Of a stretch of 64,000 bases of DNA, positions 50,356-60,176 are shown piece after piece (position 1 is the stretch's first letter; every line of letters starts with the position of its first letter). A program made the translations under genes and the position numbers. Source of the stretch: Gammaproteobacteria bacterium (GTDB taxonomy: Bacteria > Pseudomonadota > Gammaproteobacteria > Ga0077536); the NCBI GenBank assembly GCA_009692365.1, contig SHZJ01000017.1:6771-70770 (forward strand), written 5' to 3'. The notes under the pieces were generated by a model. That model ran no database searches. It was not told where the DNA came from and saw nothing but the letters and a program-made list of their open reading frames with translations.

Positions 50356-52764
50356 CTATTTTCTGGCGCCCCGCCGCCGGAAAACCTGCGCCGCGATCTC
50401 GCGGAAATGCGCCACAAAATGCACCTCCAGACCCTGGCGAATGTAGCCCGGCAATTCGTCGTAATCGTGCCGGTTGGCGGCCGGCAAAATTGCGGCCCGA
50501 AGGCCCACTCGTTTGGCCGCGATGAGCTTCTCGCGGATGCCACCGACCGGCAGCACCCGGCCGGTGAGCGTGAGTTCGCCGGTCATCGCCAAAGGCCGGG
50601 CCAAGCCCTCGTTACGGGCGAGCGACAGCAGGGCCGTGGCCATCGTGATGCCCGCGCTGGGTCCATCTTTGGGGGTCGCACCTTCGGGCACGTGGAGATG
50701 AACGTAGGCCTCGTCAAAGAACACCGGATCGCCCTCATACTCGGCCAAATGGGCCGTGATGTAGCTGTAGGCGATCTCGGCGGATTCCCGCATCACTTCC
50801 CCCAGCTGGCCCGTGAGCCGAAAACCCCTGTTTTTGGTGTGCACGCGCGCCGCCTCCACCTCTAAAGTGACGCCACCCATCGTCGTCCAGGCCAGCCCGG
50901 TCACCACCCCCACCCCACGCTGGGGGATTTCCTGCCGAAACAGTGGCTGTCCCAGGTAATCGACCAAATTTGCGGGAGCGAGGCTAATTTTCGTCGTGCG
51001 ATCCCCTAGCACCTGCAGCGCCACTTTGCGCGCGACGCGGTTGAGTTGTTTCTCCAGATTGCGCACCCCAGCTTCGCGCGCATACCCGTCGATTACCGCG
51101 CGCAGTCCGGCGTCTGAGACCCGCAGTTGGGTGGGCTTGAGCCCGGCCTTGGCCCGCACTTTTGGCAGCAAATGCCGCTTCGCGATGGCCATTTTTTCTT
51201 GGGTGACATAACCCGGCAGCCGGATAACCTCCATGCGATCCAACAGCGGTCGGGGGATGGTGTCCAGCTGGTTGGCCGTGCAGATGAACAGCGCGCGCGA
51301 GAAATCCACGCCGATATCCAGGTAGTGGTCGAGAAAACCCGCGTTCTGTTCCGGGTCCAGCACCTCCAGTAGTGCCGAGGCCGGATCACCTTGATAGGAG
51401 CTGCCGATCTTGTCGATTTCATCCAGCACAATCACCGGATTCGCGCTTTGCGACTCCCGCAGCGCCTGAATGAACTTGCCCGGCATGGCCCCGATATAAG
51501 TCCGTCGATGCCCTTTGATTTCCGCCTCATCGCGCATCCCGCCCACACTGAAGCGATAGAACTGACGTCCCAGCGCATCGGCAACGGAACGACCCACCGA
51601 GGTTTTACCCACCCCCGGCGGCCCCACCAGCAGCAAAATAGAGCCCGCCACGCGCCCGGTTAAAGCGCCGACGCCAAGGAACTCGATGATGCGTTCTTTG
51701 ACGTCCGCCAAGCCTTCATGGTCCTGGTCCAGCATCTGCCGCGCGTGCGGGATATCGATGCGGTCGGGGGTGTACTTACCCCACGGCAACGACGTCAAAA
51801 CATCCAGATAGTTGCGCGTGCCGGCGTATTCGGGCGAACCCGTCTCGAGCAAAGAAAACTTGCGCGACTCTTCGTCAATCTTTTTCTGTGCGGCCACCGG
51901 CACCACACACTCGCTCAGGCGCTCGCGAAAACGTTCGAGCTCCACTGTTTTATCGTCTTTTGAGATGCCCAGCTGCTGCTGAATTTCCTTGAGTTGTTCG
52001 CGGAGAAAAAATTCCCGCTGCCGCTCGCTGACCCGTTCCTCGACTTTCTGGCGGATCTGGCTCTGCAGCCCCGCCAGTTCCACTTCGCGCTGGATCAGCA
52101 GCATGACTTTTTCCATCCGCCGCAGCAGCGGCACAGTTTCGAGCACGTCTTGCAGGTCATCGCTCGACGCGCTGCTCATGGCGGCGGCAAAATCTGCCAG
52201 CGGCGAGGCTTCGTCTGGGCTAAAGCGCTCCAGATAAGACTTCACATTTTCCTGATAGAAAGGGTTGTGCTGCAGCAACTCGCGAATTTTCGCGCTGATG
52301 GCTAACGCGTAGGCCCGTACTTCCTGCGGATTTTCGAGCGGCGGCTCGGGATATTCGACCTCCGCCACGAAAGGCGGCTCGCTGGCCGTCCAGTCGAGCA
52401 CCCGAAAGCGCTGCAGACCGGCAGCAATAAACTGGATATAGCCGTCGTTGCGCAGGGGCTGGCGCATGCGCACCACGGTGCCCATCGCGTGAAAATCGGC
52501 CGTCGTCGGCACCCCTTGGCCGTTCGGTCGCACCAGAATCAGGCCCACCAGTTGCTGCGGGGTGTTGCCCACCCGCTCAACCGTCTCGCGCCAGAGCGCC
52601 TCTGGCAACACGATGGGCATGGTCTGCGCGGGGAAAAATGGCCGGGTCTGCACCGGCAGCAGGAGCAATTTCCCCGGCAGGGTGTCGCGCACCCGCGCGG
52701 GCAACTGGCTGTGTTCCGGGCCGTTGGATGGGTGGGTCGGCGAGTCGATGGTGCGCTTGGTCAT
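50356..52764 (-). CDS. lon: ATP-dependent Lon protease (LonA-type: N domain, AAA+ domain, S16 protease domain)
   Basis: Walker A (GPPGVGKTS), Walker B (VIVLDEIDK) and the protease Ser-Lys dyad region (PKDGPSAGITMATALLS ... K). The N-terminus is atypical and is not in a clpP-clpX context, so this may be a second Lon paralog. Confidence 0.85.
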   Translation of the reverse strand: MTKRTIDSPTHPSNGPEHSQLPARVRDTLPGKLLLLPVQTRPFFPAQTMPIVLPEALWRETVERVGNTPQQLVGLILVRPNGQGVPTTADFHAMGTVVRMRQPLRNDGYIQFIAAGLQRFRVLDWTASEPPFVAEVEYPEPPLENPQEVRAYALAISAKIRELLQHNPFYQENVKSYLERFSPDEASPLADFAAAMSSASSDDLQDVLETVPLLRRMEKVMLLIQREVELAGLQSQIRQKVEERVSERQREFFLREQLKEIQQQLGISKDDKTVELERFRERLSECVVPVAAQKKIDEESRKFSLLETGSPEYAGTRNYLDVLTSLPWGKYTPDRIDIPHARQMLDQDHEGLADVKERIIEFLGVGALTGRVAGSILLLVGPPGVGKTSVGRSVADALGRQFYRFSVGGMRDEAEIKGHRRTYIGAMPGKFIQALRESQSANPVIVLDEIDKIGSSYQGDPASALLEVLDPEQNAGFLDHYLDIGVDFSRALFICTANQLDTIPRPLLDRMEVIRLPGYVTQEKMAIAKRHLLPKVRAKAGLKPTQLRVSDAGLRAVIDGYAREAGVRNLEKQLNRVARKVALQVLGDRTTKISLAPANLVDYLGQPLFRQEIPQRGVGVVTGLAWTTMGGVTLEVEAARVHTKNRGFRLTGQLGEVMRESAEIAYSYITAHLAEYEGDPVFFDEAYVHLHVPEGATPKDGPSAGITMATALLSLARNEGLARPLAMTGELTLTGRVLPVGGIREKLIAAKRVGLRAAILPAANRHDYDELPGYIRQGLEVHFVAHFREIAAQVFRRRGARK

Positions 52765-52828
52765 GCCCGTTCCTGCATCTGCGACGCCAACTGCGTCCTA
52801 CTCTAGATGAGGATCGGCGCGGCGATTT

Positions 52829-54100
52829 TCAAGGCGGCTCGCTGGCCTCAGGCGCGATGGCTTGTAACGCCGCGAGCAGCGTGGCCGCATCGGCGTAGCG
52901 ATCGGCGGGCGCTTTGGCCAGCAATCGTTCGACAATCGGCTGAAAGCGCTGGGCCGTCGCGGGTAACTCTGGGATGGCTGCATGGATATGCTGGTGGATA
53001 AGATCCATCGCGCTGGCGGCTCTAAAAGGCTTTTGACCACTCAGCATCTGGAACAAAATGACGCCGGCGCTGTAGAGATCCGTCCGCTGGTCCGTGGGCC
53101 GTCCTAGCCCCTGCTCCGGGCTGAGATAACTGGGCGTACCCAACACGCTGCCCACATGCGTGAGGTTCCTAGCTTCCTCGATGCGCCGAGAAATCCCAAA
53201 ATCTGCTAGCGCCAGGCTGTCATCGGCGCGAAACATGATATTGCCCGGCTTGAGATCGCGATGAATGACCCCCAGGGTGTGGATGGCGCGCAAGCCCTGC
53301 ACGATGCGCAGAAAATAACGCACCGCGTTAGCGGGCGCGATCCCTCGCTCCAAGCGCAACTTTAAGTCTCCGCGCGCGAAAAATTCCATCGCCAAATAAC
53401 CGTAACTGTCAGTGAAGCCATGGGCGTAGAACTTCACAACTTGGGGCACGTCGATCGCGGCGATCAGTTCCGCCTCGCGCACAAACCGCGCCAGCACATT
53501 GGGTTCACGAGTCGCGACGACGTCGATCACCTTGACCACCAGCAGCGGCCCCCGGCTACCGCGGCGGCGCGCCAGATAAATTCGCGAGTTCGCACCCTGC
53601 CCGATGAGCCGTTCAAAGTGAAAGCCGATGCGCTCACCGTTGGGCGGCAGCGTGAGGTTGCACGCTAGTGCGCGCCGCTGGGCCTGCGCCGGCGCGCCGT
53701 CCAGCGTCGAATCCTCACCCAACACCCGCGCGTCCGTCGCCGCGCGCACCATCGGCAATAAGCGCTGGGGGGTGAGGTGCTGTTTGCTGAGGAAGTCACA
53801 GGCGCCTGACCGCAGTGCCAATGCGGCTAGATAGTCATCCGCGAGGTTCGCCAACATGATCGTGGGGGGAAAGCCCGGCACGTGGCGATAGCGAGTCAGC
53901 CAGTCCAGGCCCGTAGCGCCGCCACCCAGTTCATCGCTGAGCAACAACAACGCGTAGAGCGACCAGTCAAAGCCAGGGGGGGGCGGGCCTTGCTGCTCGG
54001 GATCGTATTCCGTGACCTCGACGTCCGGCAGTTCGCTGGCCAGCAGCCGGCGCAGCGAGGTCGTAAACTCGCGGGATGCGTCGACGATGATGATTTTCAT
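52829..54100 (-). CDS. Hanks-type Ser/Thr protein kinase with N-terminal receiver-like domain (paralog of 20506..21804; Asp retained at the phospho-acceptor position)
   Basis: Same architecture as the first kinase: MKIIIVDASREF ... LLLLSDELGG, then HRDLKPGNIMF, DFGISR and GTPSYLSPEQ. Confidence 0.8.
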   Translation of the reverse strand: MKIIIVDASREFTTSLRRLLASELPDVEVTEYDPEQQGPPPPGFDWSLYALLLLSDELGGGATGLDWLTRYRHVPGFPPTIMLANLADDYLAALALRSGACDFLSKQHLTPQRLLPMVRAATDARVLGEDSTLDGAPAQAQRRALACNLTLPPNGERIGFHFERLIGQGANSRIYLARRRGSRGPLLVVKVIDVVATREPNVLARFVREAELIAAIDVPQVVKFYAHGFTDSYGYLAMEFFARGDLKLRLERGIAPANAVRYFLRIVQGLRAIHTLGVIHRDLKPGNIMFRADDSLALADFGISRRIEEARNLTHVGSVLGTPSYLSPEQGLGRPTDQRTDLYSAGVILFQMLSGQKPFRAASAMDLIHQHIHAAIPELPATAQRFQPIVERLLAKAPADRYADAATLLAALQAIAPEASEPP

Positions 54101-54199
54101 CCAGCAGACCTGCTTGAATTCTTGAGCCTCGTTAAGCGGCTCCGTGCGATGGCGGGCACCGCCCAGACCCCAGTGCGGGCCCGATGCCAGTGCCCGCGT

Positions 54200-55030
54200 C
54201 GCTGCGCTATGCCTGTCCCCGGATCGCTCCGTCCCCGGATCGCTCCGTCCCCGGATCGCTCCCCTGGGTCGATGCCGGGATCTGATGCCTGTCCCCGGAG
54301 CGCGGATCTCATGCCTGTCCCCGGAGCGCGGATCTCATGCCTGTCCCCGGATCGCTGCGATCGATGCCTGTCCCCGGAGCGCCTGGCACCACCCAGACCC
54401 CAGTGCCGTCCCGATGCCTGTCCCCGGAGCGGTCCGGATCGTGTCCCCGCTCCGTCCCCGGAGCGCCGGCGGATCTCATGCCCGGCGGATCTCATGCCTG
54501 TCCCCGGATCGTCTCCCCGGATCGTCCGGTCCCGGATCTGATGCCTGTCCCCGGATCGTCCGCGGATCGTCCGGTCCCGGATCTGATGCCTGTCCCCGGA
54601 TCGTCCGTCCCCGGATCGTCCGGTCCCTCGATCTCCCCGGTCCCTGGATCTCCCCGGTCCCTGGTCCCCGGATCTCCCGGTCCCCGGATCTCCCCGGATC
54701 TGGTGCCTAGCCCCGGATCTCACGGATCTGATACCTGTCCCCGGAGCGCCGTCCCGGATCTGATGCCTGTCCCCGGAGCGCCGCCTGTCCCCGGAGCGCC
54801 GGTCTGATGCCTGTCCCCGGATCGCTACCTGTCCCCGGAGCGCCCGTCTGATGCCTGTCCCCGGATCGCTAGTCCCCGGATCGCTAGTCCCCGGATCGCT
54901 ATGCGGATCTGATGCCTGTCCCCGGAGCGTCCCCGTCCCCGGAGCGTCCCCGCGGATCTGATGCCTGTCCCCGGAGCGTCCCATCCCCGGAGCGTCCCCT
55001 CCCCCGATCGTCCCCCCGGATCGCGGCCTC
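54200..55030. repeat. Degenerate tandem direct-repeat tract of ~0.85 kb built from GTCCCCGGATCG / GTCCCCGGAGCG cores and ~25-28-bp higher-order units; likely non-coding
   Basis: ATGCCTGTCCCCGG recurs at least 15 times at irregular 25-145-bp spacing, including three perfect tandem 28-bp copies of GGATCTCATGCCTGTCCCCGGAGCGC (54283-54366). All six reading frames are open across the tract. Confidence 0.8.
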
Positions 55031-55211
55031 GCTCACCTCCCGAATCGCCGCAGTCCCCAGAACGTCCGCCGGAGCACAGATCGGCTGGCTGGGGCCCCGC
55101 GCAGCAGCGGCGCCCCGTGCAGCGTCAACGGGGCGGGTCAGGGAGCGCGCGTGCCCCAAAAAAAAGGGCTGCACGAGGCAGCCCTAAAACGCTGGTAACA
55201 GGTTGCCCTGT

Positions 55212-55436
55212 TTAATCCCTCACGAAAGTCGTGAGTGAACTGGTGCGCGCAATAAAGGCTCGGCCCTTGCGCGTGACAAAACCTTCCTCGCTGACAAAGC
55301 CGGCCGCGACGGCCTGCTGCCGGGTGTCACCGCTGCACGCGTGCGGCGTGTACAAGCCGCCGTCGCCGTAACGAGCGTTCAGCAGTTGCGCCATCGCGCT
55401 GTCAGTCTGGTTCAAAAAGCCCACCTTAAGTTCCAC
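55212..55436 (-). CDS. Hypothetical small protein (74 aa)
   Basis: Composition is ordinary (MELKVGFLNQTDSAMAQLLNARYGDGGLYTPHACSGDTRQQ...). I recognise no domain. An AT-rich putative promoter lies immediately upstream. Confidence 0.35.
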   Translation of the reverse strand: MELKVGFLNQTDSAMAQLLNARYGDGGLYTPHACSGDTRQQAVAAGFVSEEGFVTRKGRAFIARTSSLTTFVRD

Positions 55437-55520
55437 ACCATACTTCGGAAGGTGTTCAATCTGATGGCGTTAGATTAGTTATCTGATATTTTATGTCAAG
55501 CATAATCTTTATCCAATTGA
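55437..55520. promoter_or_regulatory. AT-rich island with imperfect direct repeats (GATTAGTTATCTGATAT / GATTATCTTGAAATAT); candidate promoter or nucleoid-protein site
   Basis: About 30% GC over ~80 bp in a ~67% GC context, between the zapE stop and the small ORF start. Confidence 0.3.
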
Positions 55521-56627
55521 TTATCTTGAAATATGTGGGCGTGCGAGGTACTCGTGCGAGGCCATTTCGGCGAGGCGGCTCAAGGTTCGGCGAAATGCCG
55601 GTGCCAACCGAGCGCCGTGATACAGACTTGCCGGTGCCGCCGCCGCGCCCACCAACAGTTTGACGCTGCGGTCATAGAGTTCGTCGATCAAGGCGATGAA
55701 GCGCCGGGCGGCGTCGTTGTCGTCCTCCCCCATCACGGGCACGCCGCTGAGCACGAAAGTGTGGAAAACGCGCCCAAGTTCGATGTAGTCGTGGGTGCTA
55801 CGCGGTCCGCGACACAGATCCGCGAAGTCACACCAAACCACCCCGTCGCTGTGGGCGATAACCCGCAGCGGCCGCTCTTCGACCATCAGCCACCCGGACC
55901 GGGGGGCCGCACCCGTCAGGGCCACGAACCGCTCGGTCAAGGCGGCCCGGCTCGCGGCGTCGTCCGGGACGTAATACACGGCGGCTTGCGTGAGCGTGCG
56001 TAGTCGATAGTCGAGGTCCCCGGCCAGTTGCACGACCTCCAGCCGTTCCTGCAGAAGCGCAATGGCCGGCAAAAAGCGTTCGCGTTGTAGACCGCCCGGG
56101 TAGAGTTGGTCCGGCGCGTCGTTGGAGGTCGTCACCAGAATGACCCCCAAATCCAGTAAGGCGTGGAGCAATCTATCGAGCAGCATGGCGTCGGTAATAT
56201 CGGTCACGTGAAATTCGTCCAGACACAGCACCCGCAATCCGCGAGCCCAGCGACGGGCCACCGTTTGCAGCGGGTCTTCAACCCCGGCCAGCGTCCTCAG
56301 TTCCACGTGCACCGCCCGCATGAACGAGTAGAAATGGAGGCGTCGGCGACCTGCTGGTGGCAGGCACTCATAGAAAAAATCGACCAGCATGGTTTTGCCA
56401 CGCCCCACCGAACCCCACAAATATAGTCCCGGAATGCGGGGCGGCGCGGGGTGGCTATGCAGCCGCTGCCAAAAGCTGGCGGGTGGGCGGGCGGGCGGCG
56501 GCAGCGCGGTATAAATCCGCTGGAGGTGGTCCATGGCCTGCGCCTGCGCCGGATCGGCCGTAAAACCACCCACCGTGAGTTGTTGCTGGTAGCGTGCAAG
56601 CGGGGTTTGCGCAGTGGCTATCGACAT
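55521..56627 (-). CDS. zapE: Cell division protein ZapE (AFG1-family ATPase)
   Basis: Walker A (GSVGRGKTMLVDFF), Walker B (VLCLDEFHVTD) and AFG1-like length. Confidence 0.85.
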   Translation of the reverse strand: MSIATAQTPLARYQQQLTVGGFTADPAQAQAMDHLQRIYTALPPPARPPASFWQRLHSHPAPPRIPGLYLWGSVGRGKTMLVDFFYECLPPAGRRRLHFYSFMRAVHVELRTLAGVEDPLQTVARRWARGLRVLCLDEFHVTDITDAMLLDRLLHALLDLGVILVTTSNDAPDQLYPGGLQRERFLPAIALLQERLEVVQLAGDLDYRLRTLTQAAVYYVPDDAASRAALTERFVALTGAAPRSGWLMVEERPLRVIAHSDGVVWCDFADLCRGPRSTHDYIELGRVFHTFVLSGVPVMGEDDNDAARRFIALIDELYDRSVKLLVGAAAAPASLYHGARLAPAFRRTLSRLAEMASHEYLARPHISR

Positions 56628-56825
56628 CGGTTAAGCCGGCGCAGCGGCGCGGCGGGCGCGGTTCAGGGTCACTGGGTCCATCAAGAAAAACTGCTCTGCA
56701 TACGGGCCTTGCTCAAGGAACCCGACCTCGCAGCCCCCCGACGGCCGCCTCGTGAGACGGTATGCTGGAGCCCCGCAAGCTGGGTTAGGTGTTTTAGTGT
56801 CGCGCATTCTACGAACTCAGCCCTG

Positions 56826-58991
56826 ATGTCGCGACCACGGCGCAGTATTCGTCGCAAACTCCTGCTGCTGTTGATTGCCATCGGGCTGGGGCCGTTGGCG
56901 GTCTTTGGCGGGCTCGACTTCCAAGCCCTCAACAGCTTGGGTACAGCGCTGGCGGCTCAATTGGCGCAGGCCTTGAGCACCCAGGCGCGCAGCGGGCTGG
57001 CGCAGCAAGCCGACGAGTTCGCCCGCCTGCTGCACCGCGAGCGCGAACAGCTAGCACTGATCGTGCGCTTGCAGGCGCGCGAGGTTGAACGAGCGTTAGC
57101 CGCGACCGCCCCAATTCCCGCCACCAACAGCGTGCGCTGGACGCAGAATATGCCCGCGCCAACCCCGGGCGCCGCCGAGCCGCCGGCCTCCCCCTACTAT
57201 CGCCAGACGGACCGCGGCGAGCGCCTGCCGCTGGCGCACACCCCAAACGCGATAGCGATGCACCGCGCCCCCGGCGTCGCGCCCGCCACACTGGCCGAGT
57301 CGGCACGACGATTGACCGCGCTGACGGCATTTTTTCAAACCACTCGCCAGCCCGACGGCGGGCTCATTTTTTGGCAGTTCGTGGCGCTGCAAAATGGGCT
57401 TTATGCGGTATTTCCAGGCCACAACGAGTTTCCTCCAGCGTTTGACTGGCGCCAAGGCGCGGGCGACTCGAGCCTGCCGCCACCTGTAGCCCCCCATTGG
57501 TCGGCCCCGCACCTCGATTTCGCCAGCCGCCAGACGGTGCTCACAGTGGTTATGCCGGTGGCAGACGGGCAGGGGCAGGTGGCTGGGGTTACCGGTATCG
57601 ATGTGCGGGTGACGCAACTGCTGGCAGGGCTCGCGCTGCCGCACCATCTCGACGTGCCGGGACGGGTGCTGGTGCTGCGGACCCTCGCCGACCGGGTGCA
57701 GGTGGTGGTCCAAAAAGGGCGCGCCGAGTCGGGGTCCGAATGGCTGGACCCGCCGCAAGCTCATTTCCTGACGCTTGATCGGCCGGCCCAGCAAGCGGCG
57801 CTGCTGAGCGAACTGCAACAAGACCGGGAGGGCCTGCGCCAGGTTCGCTATCAGGGCCGCGACAGCTTTTGTGTGTATCGCCGGCTGGACGCGAACGGGC
57901 TTTATCTGGTCTTGCTAGTCCCCGTTGAGGCCACCATTCGGTCGGCCCAAAACGCCGGCGAATACGCGCTCGCCAGCACGCGCCGCCAGATGGACGCCGT
58001 GCTGCCGCTGGTGTTGGGGGTAGCGGGACTCATCGTGGTGTTAGCGATCGTCGCCGCGCGCAGCATCACGGTGCCGCTCGCGCGCCTAGAGCGCGCCGTG
58101 GACGCGCTGGCCAACGGCGATTTTAGTGCCCGCGTCACCCTCACCACGGGGGATGAACTGGCCGCACTCGGCGCCGCCTTTAACCAGATGATCCCGCGTT
58201 TGGAGGAGCAGACGCGCACCCACGAGTCGCTGGTTCTGGCGCGCGAAGTCCAGCAGCGCATGTTGCCCAGCGCTGCGCCGCAGTTTCCGGGCACCGATAT
58301 CGCCGGGCTGACGCGCTACTGCGACGAGACCGGCGGTGACTATTTCGATTATCTGGACGGCCGGCCGTATGGCGGCAACACGTTGGGGGTGGTGGTGGGC
58401 GATGTCGCGGGCCATGGGATTGCCGCCGCCTTGCTGATGACCAGCGCCCGCGCCCTGCTACACGGCATGGCGGCCAGCCAGCTGGCACCCGCGCAGCTTT
58501 TGCAGCAGCTAAACCAGCACCTCGCCGCCGATGTGCGGCCGGGCCATTTCATGACGCTGTTCAGCTTGTCCATCGACTTCGAACAAGGGCAACTGAGTTG
58601 GGCCAGCGCCGGGCACGATCCCGCGCTGTGGTGGCATGCCGATTCCGGCACGCTCAGCGAACTGGCCGGCGTGGATATCCCCCTAGGGATAGATCCCAAT
58701 TGGCAGTTCACGCCGGCGCTGCAGGCGGCGAGCGGCGCGGGCGATGTCTTGCTCATCGCCACCGATGGGGTGTGGGACACCCGTGCGCCCACCGGTGAAC
58801 GCTTTGGGAAAGCGCGCCTGCAAACCCTGCTGGCCGAGCATCATGCCGCGCCCGCCGCCGCGCTGTGCGCAGAACTGTTGCGCCACTTGGAGGCTTTCCG
58901 GGGGATCGAGGAACAACGCGACGACCTCACCGTGGTGGTCGTCAAACTTGGCCACCCCACCCCCGTCAGCCCGCTCGCAGGCCCCGTTTAG
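56826..58991 (+). CDS. Sensor phosphatase: TM helix, periplasmic sensor domain, TM helix, HAMP, PP2C/SpoIIE-type Ser/Thr phosphatase
   Basis: Start at MSRPRRSIRRKLLLLLIAIGLGPL. HAMP (VPLARLERAVDALANGDFSARV ... ELAALGAAFNQM). PP2C metal-binding Asp motifs (GGDYFDY ... VVGDVAGHG ... IATDGVWD). The longer listed ORF would overlap zapE and is not supported. Confidence 0.8.
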   Translation: MSRPRRSIRRKLLLLLIAIGLGPLAVFGGLDFQALNSLGTALAAQLAQALSTQARSGLAQQADEFARLLHREREQLALIVRLQAREVERALAATAPIPATNSVRWTQNMPAPTPGAAEPPASPYYRQTDRGERLPLAHTPNAIAMHRAPGVAPATLAESARRLTALTAFFQTTRQPDGGLIFWQFVALQNGLYAVFPGHNEFPPAFDWRQGAGDSSLPPPVAPHWSAPHLDFASRQTVLTVVMPVADGQGQVAGVTGIDVRVTQLLAGLALPHHLDVPGRVLVLRTLADRVQVVVQKGRAESGSEWLDPPQAHFLTLDRPAQQAALLSELQQDREGLRQVRYQGRDSFCVYRRLDANGLYLVLLVPVEATIRSAQNAGEYALASTRRQMDAVLPLVLGVAGLIVVLAIVAARSITVPLARLERAVDALANGDFSARVTLTTGDELAALGAAFNQMIPRLEEQTRTHESLVLAREVQQRMLPSAAPQFPGTDIAGLTRYCDETGGDYFDYLDGRPYGGNTLGVVVGDVAGHGIAAALLMTSARALLHGMAASQLAPAQLLQQLNQHLAADVRPGHFMTLFSLSIDFEQGQLSWASAGHDPALWWHADSGTLSELAGVDIPLGIDPNWQFTPALQAASGAGDVLLIATDGVWDTRAPTGERFGKARLQTLLAEHHAAPAAALCAELLRHLEAFRGIEEQRDDLTVVVVKLGHPTPVSPLAGPV

Positions 58992-60100
58992 TCGAACAAA
59001 TCACCCTGCGCGGCGTCCCTCGGTGGCCGAAAATGGCTGGTGTTGAGGTGGTGGTCGCTGCGCTGTAGCTGGTGCTGACGACACGCTTTGCCAAAACGGG
59101 ACTTGATCAGGTCAGCAAACACGCCGGTGCCGGTTAAGCGGCTGCCAAACTGAGAATCGTTGTCGCGCCCACCGCGCAAATCGTTGACGCGCGCCATGAC
59201 GCGTGCCGCCTTGAGCGGATAGTTAGCCGCCAGCCACTCGCGAAACAGCGGGCTGACTTCCCGCGGCAAGCGCAGCAGCACGTAGCCGGCGTAGCGCGCA
59301 CCGGCGGCCGCGGCGGCGCTCAACACGGCTTCCATCTCGTGCTCGTTGAGCGCGGGGATCACCGGGGCAAACATCACCCCGCACGGGACCCCGGCGGCGA
59401 CCAGCGCACTGATGGCTCGCAGGCGGCGAGCCGGCGCGGCCGCGCGGGGTTCCAAGCGCCGAGCGAGCGTGGAATCTAATGTTGTCACGGACAAAAACAC
59501 TTGGACTAAACCTTTCGCGGCCATGGGTGCGAGCAAATCCAGATCCCTTTCTACCAAGGCAGATTTGGTCACGATGGTCAGCGGATGCGAGGTTTCCGCC
59601 AACACCGCGAGGATGTCGCGCGTCACGCGCAACTCGCGTTCCACCGGCTGATAGGCATCGGTATTGGCACCCAAGGCGATGGACCGACAGCGGTAACCCG
59701 GAGCGGCCAACTCGCGCCGCAAGAGGGCGGCAGCATTGGCTTTGGCAAACAGTTTGCTTTCGAAATCCAAGCCCGGAGAAAGATCGACAAACGCGTGCGC
59801 CGGGCGGGCGTAGCAATAGATACAGCCGTGCTCGCAGCCTCGGTAAGGATTGATCGACTGTTCGAAAGGAATATCCGGGGACTGATTGACGTTGATCAAC
59901 GACTTTGCCTGCTCCCACGTCAGCGTGGTCGCAAAGGCGGGCGGCGGCTCTAGATCGGCCGGCCAGCCATCGTCGAAATCCTCCCGGACGTCGTGTAAAT
60001 AGCGCGCCACCGGTTGGGATCTTGCGCCGCGCCCGGTCGGTGCGTGGGGCGGTTTCATGGTGGTTCCTTGCAGGCTAGGGGGAGGGTTCGACGCGCTCAC
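58988..60100 (-). CDS. Radical SAM protein (SPL/PA0069-like family)
   Basis: The CEHGCIYC motif (Cx3Cx2C) sits about 95 aa into the protein. TIM-barrel-like length. The start may instead be the internal Met at ~60058. Confidence 0.7.
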   Translation of the reverse strand: MSASNPPPSLQGTTMKPPHAPTGRGARSQPVARYLHDVREDFDDGWPADLEPPPAFATTLTWEQAKSLINVNQSPDIPFEQSINPYRGCEHGCIYCYARPAHAFVDLSPGLDFESKLFAKANAAALLRRELAAPGYRCRSIALGANTDAYQPVERELRVTRDILAVLAETSHPLTIVTKSALVERDLDLLAPMAAKGLVQVFLSVTTLDSTLARRLEPRAAAPARRLRAISALVAAGVPCGVMFAPVIPALNEHEMEAVLSAAAAAGARYAGYVLLRLPREVSPLFREWLAANYPLKAARVMARVNDLRGGRDNDSQFGSRLTGTGVFADLIKSRFGKACRQHQLQRSDHHLNTSHFRPPRDAAQGDLFD

Positions 60101-60176
60101 CGAGCACCGCTATGATTCCACACGCCGGCGGCAAGGTCATTCCACGCGACCGCTACGAGCAGGATACTGTCTGCCT

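Noticed and set aside
54097-54984. 295-codon minus-strand ORF (and five other long ORFs) spanning the repeat tract; its stop overlaps the kinase ATG
   Set aside because: All six frames are open because the DNA is a low-complexity repeat. The predicted proteins are Arg/Gly/Asp/Pro homopolymer-like with no domain. The ATGA overlap is forced by the kinase's second codon (AAA).
54200-55030. Possible CRISPR array
   Set aside because: Repeat spacing is irregular (25-145 bp). The 'spacers' are themselves variants of the repeat core. Repeats are not uniform in length, and there are no cas genes or leader.
56451-56825. Upstream extension of the PP2C sensor phosphatase ORF
   Set aside because: It would overlap zapE on the opposite strand by ~175 bp and is Arg-rich. 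The protein-like sequence begins at the MSRPRR/TM helix at 56826.
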